A stretch of 64,000 nt of DNA from Patescibacteria group bacterium (GTDB lineage Bacteria; Patescibacteriota; Minisyncoccia; Phycocordibacterales; UBA9973): assembly GCA_040390725.1 (NCBI GenBank), contig JAZJXT010000001.1, positions 85,070 through 149,069 on the forward strand, given 5' to 3'. Shown piece by piece: positions 21,030 to 27,526 of the stretch; within the stretch, counting starts at the first letter, position 1, and every line of letters starts with the position of its first letter. The notes under the pieces are model-generated. The model saw only the letters and a list, made by a program, of their open reading frames with translations, had not been told where the DNA came from and searched no databases. Made by a program: the position numbers and the translations under genes.

Positions 21030-21785
21030 ATGAGTAATGAAACAGATTCCGAAAAACTGAGCTTGCAGGAAAGAATGCAACAGCTCGGGTCACTCACAGG
21101 CTTTATCGTTGATTTTTTAGCAACATTGTTGTCTGTACAAGAAGTTAGTTATTGGCTTGGCCACAAAAAAGAGTTAAAGAAAAAAATCCGTGAGGTTTTT
21201 GTACTTGATGAATATTTTGATATTCGACAAGAATGGCAAAAATTTTATAAAGATTTTTTAGGATGGGATGTAGATTTTAGCCGAGTAATAATTCCTGTGT
21301 TGCCTATTAATAAAAAGTTCAAGTATCGTTTGATTTTTATTGCAAATGGTCTTAGACTTAATGAGGTTTTCGATGCTTGGGATTTTACAAAGCATAAAGA
21401 TCAATATTTTGGTGATCTTGATAAGGAAATATCAAAAAATGCTCGTAATGCAGATAAAAATTATGCTATATGGGTGGTAGCTAGCGTAACTCCTACGCAT
21501 AAATTTTTAGGCGGTGATTCTTACAAGGTTGGTAAGATTATGCATGATTGTATTACTCTTTTAGAAATGATGGTTTTTGCAGCTAAGTATTTCTCTGAAA
21601 CAGGCAAGCACCTTGAAGGTGTTACCGACTGCAGTGGCTCGCGTCGTGGTAATTTTGAAGATGATGGCGATGTTCCTTCTATTTTTACGATGACTTCCGT
21701 ATTTAAAAATGCGTTAGCGGTACATTATTCACGCTTAAACAAACTACCCAGTAAAGTTAATATTCTTCGTTATGTAGTTGCCTAA
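21030..21785 (+). CDS. hypothetical protein (251 aa, no recognisable motif)
   Basis: Good SD (aaaggaaaa) upstream; followed by a hairpin terminator; no TM. Confidence 0.5.
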   Translation: MSNETDSEKLSLQERMQQLGSLTGFIVDFLATLLSVQEVSYWLGHKKELKKKIREVFVLDEYFDIRQEWQKFYKDFLGWDVDFSRVIIPVLPINKKFKYRLIFIANGLRLNEVFDAWDFTKHKDQYFGDLDKEISKNARNADKNYAIWVVASVTPTHKFLGGDSYKVGKIMHDCITLLEMMVFAAKYFSETGKHLEGVTDCSGSRRGNFEDDGDVPSIFTMTSVFKNALAVHYSRLNKLPSKVNILRYVVA

Positions 21786-21790
21786 TTTTT

Positions 21791-21826
21791 TTACAACACG
21801 TACTTCTTTGATTTACGTGTTTTCTT
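21791..21826 (+). terminator. rho-independent terminator
   Basis: aacacgta-cttctttgatt-tacgtgtt hairpin followed by ttctttttg. Confidence 0.65.
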
Positions 21827-21864
21827 TTTGCCGATTTTGTTTGTGGGTGTGTTAAAATTAGTTA

Positions 21865-22503
21865 ATGCAAGATCTTACAAAAAAAGAAATAGCGTTAATG
21901 AAGAAATTAAAAACACCGGCTTTGGTGCAGGATTTTTTGAATAGTTTGAAGTTTAATTTTGAAATAGATGCAAAGGGTAATAATACTGGGGATGTTGTAA
22001 AGTCTCCTTTGTTGGTTTTGCGCGAGGGGAATGCGCATTGTTTGGAAGGCGCTATATTGGGAGCTTATATACTGTCCTTGCATGGCTATAAGCCTTTATT
22101 ATTGCATTTAAAAACTACTAAAGGGGATTTTGATCATATCGTGGCGCCTTTTAAGGAGGATGGTCTTTGGGGCGCATTGTCGAAAACTAATCACGCAGTG
22201 CTTCGGTATCGTGAGCCAATTTATAAAAATATCCGTGAATTGGTGATGTCATATTTTCATGAATATTTTTTAGATGACGGCAGGAAAACTTTGCGACAAT
22301 ATTCCGCCTTGCTTGATTTAAATATTTTTGAAAAAGGTTGGGAAACAGAAAATGAAAATCTTTGGGGCATAGATGAAGAATTGGATAAAATAAAACATTA
22401 CGACATTGCACATAAAAAAGTTTTTAAAAAACTGCGTAAGGCTGATAAAGTGGAAATAGAAGCGGGGAAGGTGGTGGAATACAAAAAAGATGCAAAAAGG
22501 TAA
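21865..22503 (+). CDS. papain-fold cysteine peptidase-like protein (C39-like / transglutaminase-like)
   Basis: GNAHCLEGAILGAYILSLHGY resembles the C39 catalytic Cys region (CGxAxL...yG); downstream DHIVAP His (C39 HFVV-like). Confidence 0.45.
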   Translation: MQDLTKKEIALMKKLKTPALVQDFLNSLKFNFEIDAKGNNTGDVVKSPLLVLREGNAHCLEGAILGAYILSLHGYKPLLLHLKTTKGDFDHIVAPFKEDGLWGALSKTNHAVLRYREPIYKNIRELVMSYFHEYFLDDGRKTLRQYSALLDLNIFEKGWETENENLWGIDEELDKIKHYDIAHKKVFKKLRKADKVEIEAGKVVEYKKDAKR

Positions 22504-22549
22504 TTTTTATGTATAATTAAAGTATTATAAATTATTAATTTCCCGTTAA

Positions 22550-22957
22550 ATGGGACACAAAAATATGTTATATTTATTCGTTATTGGTAGGATTTTATTA
22601 GGAGGTTTTTTCTTATTGAATGGCTATAATCATATGAAAAATATGAAAATGATGGCCGGCTACGCAGGGTCAAAAGGTGTGCCGATGCCGACATTGGCAG
22701 TATTTGTCACAGGGCTAATGCTCCTTTTGGGTGGAGCAGGAATTTTGCTAGGAGTTTACGTAAGGGTTGCAATACTTTTACTTTCAATATTCTTAGTCGG
22801 CGTAAGTTTCAAAATGCATGATTATTGGAATCTTGAAGACCCAATGCAAAAAATGGTTCAGGAAATTAACTTCAAAAAGAATATGGCAATTTTAGGTGCA
22901 TTACTAATGATTTCCCTAATTCCATTATCCACATGGGCAATGTTGGCTTTGTTTTAA
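22550..22957 (+). CDS. DoxX family membrane protein
   Basis: 135 aa, 4 TM; DoxX-like N-terminus GRILLGGFFLLNGYNHM. Confidence 0.7.
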   Translation: MGHKNMLYLFVIGRILLGGFFLLNGYNHMKNMKMMAGYAGSKGVPMPTLAVFVTGLMLLLGGAGILLGVYVRVAILLLSIFLVGVSFKMHDYWNLEDPMQKMVQEINFKKNMAILGALLMISLIPLSTWAMLALF

Positions 22958-23020
22958 AAGTTTGACATTAGTTTTGATTTTGTTACTATTAAATTTATGA
23001 GATATATAAAACAAGCAAGC

Positions 23021-23077
23021 ATGTTTATGATGATGAAAAACCCAAATTTCGGGGTTGCTTGTTGTGTTGCATCATAA
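23021..23077 (+). other. candidate Met-rich leader micro-ORF (MFMMMKNPNFGVACCVAS), speculative
   Basis: 18-codon ORF with 4 Met in the first 5 codons and a CC pair; embedded in nested inverted repeats; followed by terminator hairpin 23108-23136, upstream of the DUF62 gene. Confidence 0.25.
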
Positions 23078-23107
23078 TCACTTAAATGTAAAAATGAAAC
23101 ACAAAAA

Positions 23108-23136
23108 ACAGCCTCGAAAGGGGCTGTTTTTTGTTC
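23108..23136 (+). terminator. rho-independent terminator / possible attenuator
   Basis: aacagcc-tcgaaag-ggctgtt followed by ttttgtt. Confidence 0.65.
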
Positions 23137-23176
23137 CTTTAGTTTTATTTTTGTTCTTTTTTAAACCCCAATACAT

Positions 23177-23935
23177 ATGTTGTTAGTTTACATTTCAGAT
23201 TGCCATGACCCTAACGCAAGGGGTCGGCTAGAAATTCGTTGTCGTGCATTGCTCGGTGGCTTGAGTTTCGTTTTTATCGGTGTTTCCAGTGAATTGGAAG
23301 CTTCGGGATGTTTGATTGATGCAATTGATGCATTGAAAGGTATTCCATGCATAATAATTGTAAATGTCGCTCCCAGGGGTGACAAAAAAAAGCATCCAAA
23401 TGGTATTCCGTTTTGCTTTAGTAAAGTCGGAGATATTACTATCATTGGTACACCGAATTGTTTTTCTTTAGCAAAGAAAATTGGCATATTATCAACTACA
23501 TCTGAAACCGATGTTTTGAGGGTATGTAAAATGTTTCTTGAGGAAAATGAAGCAAGACGAATTGCTAATTCTCAATTCAGGAGTTACGAATATCTTCCTT
23601 ATTTAGCTAAATGGCTTTCAGAAGGTAAAGATATTCCTGCGACGAAATTAAAGATTGCTGATTTTGGAAAAAAAGATTTTATTTGGTATGTTGATTGTTT
23701 TGGCAATTGCAAGACAACTATTTTTTCTAAAAAAGGTTTTTCACGCTGGAGTAATCGGGGATTTCGCCCTAAGTTCTATGAAAAATTGGCGGATATTCCA
23801 AGTGATGATCCTAGATCTTTTGTTGTTAAGGGAAGCTCCGGGTATGGCAATAAACGTTTTTTTGAAATTGTTTGTAAGGGTCGTTCTGCTAGTGAAACCC
23901 TTGGTTATTGTGTTGGTAAAGAGCTTCTTTATTGA
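23177..23935 (+). CDS. DUF62 family protein (SAM hydroxide adenosyltransferase / fluorinase-chlorinase fold), divergent
   Basis: By-eye match to archaeal DUF62: IVNVAPRGDKKK~VIDPGVGTERR; TPNCFSLA~PDNGLATL; YVDCFGNCKTTI~YIDDFGNVILNL; FEIVCKGRSASETLGYCVGKEL~[22 protein letters not shown]. N-terminal TDFG...MK motif replaced by SDCHDPNARGRLE. Confidence 0.6.
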   Translation: MLLVYISDCHDPNARGRLEIRCRALLGGLSFVFIGVSSELEASGCLIDAIDALKGIPCIIIVNVAPRGDKKKHPNGIPFCFSKVGDITIIGTPNCFSLAKKIGILSTTSETDVLRVCKMFLEENEARRIANSQFRSYEYLPYLAKWLSEGKDIPATKLKIADFGKKDFIWYVDCFGNCKTTIFSKKGFSRWSNRGFRPKFYEKLADIPSDDPRSFVVKGSSGYGNKRFFEIVCKGRSASETLGYCVGKELLY

Positions 23936-23960
23936 TTTTAGAGGGTAAGTTTTTATTCAA

Positions 23961-23991
23961 ATCACCTTGATTATGTCAGGGTGATTTTTTT
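23961..23991. terminator. bidirectional terminator region between convergent genes
   Basis: atcacc...ggtgat hairpin plus ttttttt on the + strand; adjacent gttagg...cctaac hairpin. Confidence 0.6.
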
Positions 23992-24017
23992 ATACGTTAG
24001 GCAAGACCTAACGCAAA

Positions 24018-24704
24018 CTATTTAATGCAACTATAAGCTTCAGCGGTGCCGGTGCCGTTGTAGTAATTGGGAGCGACTTTAGCTATGAGCGGGTCGCTCT
24101 TTAGTTTTTGCCAACCGAGAAATATCGAAAAGAAAATTACAAGAGTTGCGAGCGCCATATATGGGGCATCTTTTCCATGGTCATATGAAGTATTTTTTGG
24201 TTTGGGGCAAATCGCAGATACTGAGCTTGTCGAATGTATTTTTCCACAATCAAAATTCCTAATTTCACGTAGAGTTAAAAATATTGGCACCATCATAAAA
24301 ATAAATGCTAAAGTTTTTAATTCTAAGCCTTTGAATGGCAGGGCGGTGAGTCCGCCTGTCACGCCTATTAAAGAAAATAATGTTGATCCGCAGACAGGGC
24401 AAGCTGAAGCAAAAATTCCTAAAATAGCGCCCACTCCTGCACCACCTTGATTTTTAAAATTCAAACCATATTTACGAAAACGATAAGTTAAAAGTGAAAT
24501 GTTTATGCCGAAAAGTATAGACGTACCCAAAGCAAGAGCAATATAAAAGAAAGAATAGGTGGCTGACACGCCGGTGTGATCAATTAAAAATCCCGCATTT
24601 GAATCTATGCGTAAAATTAAATAGAAAACTAAAAGTAAAGCTAATGCCGAAGCAAGCCCAGTAAGTCCGTAAAATAAAGCATTTAAAGCCTTTTTATTTT
24701 GCAT
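24018..24704 (-). CDS. hypothetical polytopic membrane protein with conserved Cys motifs (ACPVCG in a TM region; Cys-containing C-terminal tail)
   Basis: About 5 TM; GIFASACPVCGSTLFSLIG; no confident family assignment. Confidence 0.45.
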   Translation of the reverse strand: MQNKKALNALFYGLTGLASALALLLVFYLILRIDSNAGFLIDHTGVSATYSFFYIALALGTSILFGINISLLTYRFRKYGLNFKNQGGAGVGAILGIFASACPVCGSTLFSLIGVTGGLTALPFKGLELKTLAFIFMMVPIFLTLREIRNFDCGKIHSTSSVSAICPKPKNTSYDHGKDAPYMALATLVIFFSIFLGWQKLKSDPLIAKVAPNYYNGTGTAEAYSCIK

Positions 24705-24818
24705 TTTTATACTATAACATAAAATATCTAAAAAATAATTAGATTGCTCAACTTAGTCAAGTGTGCTAGCCTGAACATAGGCTAGTGAACAAATGATCTA
24801 GTTCTTTAAAAATCAATT

Positions 24819-26411
24819 ATGTCAGTAAAAAATCATAATAAGGCTGTTGAGACATCAATTGTTTCCGGCCTAAAAAATGCTATTATAGTACTTTTTGCAA
24901 AATGCGTTTCTTGGGTGATTTATTGGCGTCACAGTATGCCCATAAAAAGACAGGAAAAAATGCTCAGGTATCTTGTTAAAAAAGCTAAGGACACAGATTT
25001 TGGAAAAGATCATTTTTTTTCTGAAATAAAAGGTGATACTTTTGATGAGTTTTACGAGAACTTTAAGAAAAATGTTCCTGTTACTGATTACGAGGGGTTT
25101 AAAGGTTACATTGAAAAAATTATAACCGGAAAGCCTAACGTATCGTGGCCAGGAATGCTACTTCATCTTGCAACTACTTCTGGTACAACATCAGGAGAAA
25201 AGCGTATCCCGATAAGCAAAGAATCTATTTGGACACATATTCGTTGCGCCTTTTATGCATTAATGTTTTATATTGCGAGAAGTGGAAATGCTTCCTTTAT
25301 GAGTGGTAAAATGATTTTCCTTTCAGGAAGTCCTGAACTGGAAAGTATAAATGGTATTCTTCTCGGAAGACTTTCAGGGATTGTGAATCTGTATGTTCCA
25401 GCTTTTTTTAAGAGAAAGCAAATGCCTTCTCTTCATGTAAATAGGATTAGAGAGTGGAAAGTTAAGATAGATGGAATTGTTGCTGAAACAAAAGATGAAG
25501 ATATGAGACTGGTAAGTGGAATCTCACCCTGGATACAAAATTATTTCGACAGGCTCCTGGAGGTGACTAGAAAGAAAACTGTTAAGGAAGTTTTTCCTAA
25601 TCTTTCTGTGGTTGTTCATGGGGGAGTAAATTTTGATTTGTATGAGCAACACATGCGCAGTACGATAGGAGGTCCGGTAGATTTTATTGAAACTGGTCCT
25701 GCGTCCGAAGGGTTTATGGGTGTACAGGATTCAAATAGTGAAGGGTTATTTTTGTTTTTAAATCAAGGAGTATTTTATGAATTTATTCCTGTTGGTGTAA
25801 ACGAGAATGAAAATTACCTTGACCTTAATGATTCATCAAAACGTATTTTTTTGAAAGATGTTAAGATGGGTGTTGAGTACGCTATAATTTTAACTACAAG
25901 CGCAGGTCTGTTTAGCTACTTGATTGGTGATACAGTAAAGCTGGTATCAAACAAACCACATCGGTTTGTTTTTACAGGTCGTACTGCGCACTTTATCTCT
26001 GCTTTTGGGGAGCATGTGATATCTAGACAGGTTGAAGAAGCAGTTAAGTCTGCAATGCAGGCAACGGATTCTAATTGTGTTGAATTTACTGTTGCTCCAT
26101 ATGTGGCTCCAAAAACAGGTGACTCATCATACTACGAATGGTTTATAGAATTTAGTAAACTTCCAAATGATATGGAAATGTTTAGCAAGGTTCTTGATGA
26201 TGTTTTGTGTAAACAAAATAATTATTACAGCCATAACATAGAAGGAGGTATTCTTCAGTCTTCTCAAATAAGGGTTATGCCAAAAGGTATATTTTTTAAA
26301 CATGCGGAACTTTGCGGTAAAGTAGGTTCTCAGTTTAAGCCTATTCGTCTTTCCAATAATCGAAAGATGGCAAATGAGATTAATGAGGTAAGTTTAGTCT
26401 ATTTTAGTTGA
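24819..26411 (+). CDS. GH3 family acyl-acid amido synthetase-like adenylating enzyme
   Basis: 530 aa; ATP/AMP motif TSGTTSGEKRIP (GH3 SSGTTxGxxKxxP); overall length and C-terminal organisation as in the GH3 auxin-responsive promoter family. Confidence 0.7.
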   Translation: MSVKNHNKAVETSIVSGLKNAIIVLFAKCVSWVIYWRHSMPIKRQEKMLRYLVKKAKDTDFGKDHFFSEIKGDTFDEFYENFKKNVPVTDYEGFKGYIEKIITGKPNVSWPGMLLHLATTSGTTSGEKRIPISKESIWTHIRCAFYALMFYIARSGNASFMSGKMIFLSGSPELESINGILLGRLSGIVNLYVPAFFKRKQMPSLHVNRIREWKVKIDGIVAETKDEDMRLVSGISPWIQNYFDRLLEVTRKKTVKEVFPNLSVVVHGGVNFDLYEQHMRSTIGGPVDFIETGPASEGFMGVQDSNSEGLFLFLNQGVFYEFIPVGVNENENYLDLNDSSKRIFLKDVKMGVEYAIILTTSAGLFSYLIGDTVKLVSNKPHRFVFTGRTAHFISAFGEHVISRQVEEAVKSAMQATDSNCVEFTVAPYVAPKTGDSSYYEWFIEFSKLPNDMEMFSKVLDDVLCKQNNYYSHNIEGGILQSSQIRVMPKGIFFKHAELCGKVGSQFKPIRLSNNRKMANEINEVSLVYFS

Positions 26412-26416
26412 TTTAA

Positions 26417-26446
26417 ATACCCGACATTGTGCGGGTATTTTTTTTA
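26417..26446. terminator. bidirectional terminator between GH3 (+) and nrdB (-)
   Basis: atacccg-acattgtg-cgggtat flanked by A/T runs. Confidence 0.65.
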
Positions 26447-27445
26447 TTCTTCTTTCTTCTTTTCGTTGTTGTGGCCGTGAGCGTCGACTTCGTAAGAAGT
26501 GTTTTGCTGTTCAAAGAAGTTCACAAGTTCGAAAACGTCAGTAGCTGTGGACATCCATTTTGCAGGGTTGGTGACTTTGAAATACGCCTCAAAGCCGAGC
26601 TCTTCGAGTCTGCGGTCGGCGACGTATTGCACGTATTGATTTACATAGTCGGCATTTAGACCCAAGATTCCTTTTGGGAATAAGTCTTTATTATAAGCGA
26701 CTTCCAAGCTGACTCCCTCGATGACTATGTCTCTGATTTCATTTGCGAATTCTTCTGTTAGGAGTTCTGCATTTTCTTCCAAGACTGTGTGAATTAAATT
26801 GATACCAAATTTTAAGTGCAAAGATTCATCACGTAGAACCCAGTTGATCATAGAGCCTAAATTTCGGAGTTGGTTTCTTTGACGGAAGGAAAGAGCCACC
26901 ATAAATCCAGAGTAAAACCAAATTCCTTCCATCACTATGTTTGTAGCGACGAGGTTGCGCAAGAAATCTTTCTTGCCTTCAGGTGTGTCGATGTCCAAAG
27001 TATTTTCCGTCATTCTTAGAAGATATTTTTTAATGAAAGCCTCTTTCTTTTCCATTGAGTCAGTATCAAGGTGCACATTGTAAACCTTGTCGCGGTCGAG
27101 TGGGAAAGTTTCGAGAACGTATTCAAAAGATACGCAGTGGTTTGCTTCTTCGAACATTTGTTTTGCGAGATAGAGGTGGCATTCAGGGGATTTGAGGTAA
27201 GGGTAAACTCCCAATGCTAGTGAACGATTCACGATAAGTTCTGCAGGGTTAAAGAATGCCATTAAGAATTCTACGGCATGGCGCTCATCCTCAGTCATTG
27301 CTTTCCAGTCGGCTAAATCTTCACCTAGAGGTATCTCGTGAGGGAACCAACTGTTTCTGACTGCTTGGTTGTACAAGTCATAAGCCCATTTATAATGCAT
27401 GGGATGTAAATTCATGTCTTCTGGTGAAGCTTTTCCTAAAATCAT
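26444..27445 (-). CDS. nrdB: ribonucleoside-diphosphate reductase beta subunit (class I R2)
   Basis: Ferritin-like di-iron protein, 333 aa; R2-type helices (EAVEFLMAF, EEANHCVSFEY); directly downstream of nrdA on the same strand. Confidence 0.9.
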   Translation of the reverse strand: MILGKASPEDMNLHPMHYKWAYDLYNQAVRNSWFPHEIPLGEDLADWKAMTEDERHAVEFLMAFFNPAELIVNRSLALGVYPYLKSPECHLYLAKQMFEEANHCVSFEYVLETFPLDRDKVYNVHLDTDSMEKKEAFIKKYLLRMTENTLDIDTPEGKKDFLRNLVATNIVMEGIWFYSGFMVALSFRQRNQLRNLGSMINWVLRDESLHLKFGINLIHTVLEENAELLTEEFANEIRDIVIEGVSLEVAYNKDLFPKGILGLNADYVNQYVQYVADRRLEELGFEAYFKVTNPAKWMSTATDVFELVNFFEQQNTSYEVDAHGHNNEKKKEE

Positions 27446-27472
27446 AAATATTTTAAATTAATTTTTTAATTA

Positions 27473-27526
27473 CCCCCTCCGCCTTCGGCACCTCCCCCTT
27501 AATCAAGGGGGAGGAAGGGTGGGGGT
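27473..27526. repeat. GC-rich palindromic element (variant D) in the nrdA-nrdB intergenic spacer
   Basis: cctccccctt-aatc-aagggggagg perfect 10-bp palindrome, then aagggtgggggt, preceded by ccccctccgccttcggca; same C-stem/G-stem/GGGTG architecture as copies A-C. Confidence 0.6.

Noticed and set aside
26429-26659. 76-aa plus-strand ORF (MRVFFLFFFLLF...)
   Set aside because: Begins in the bidirectional terminator and overlaps the 3' end of nrdB on the opposite strand; poly-Phe translation of a T-run.
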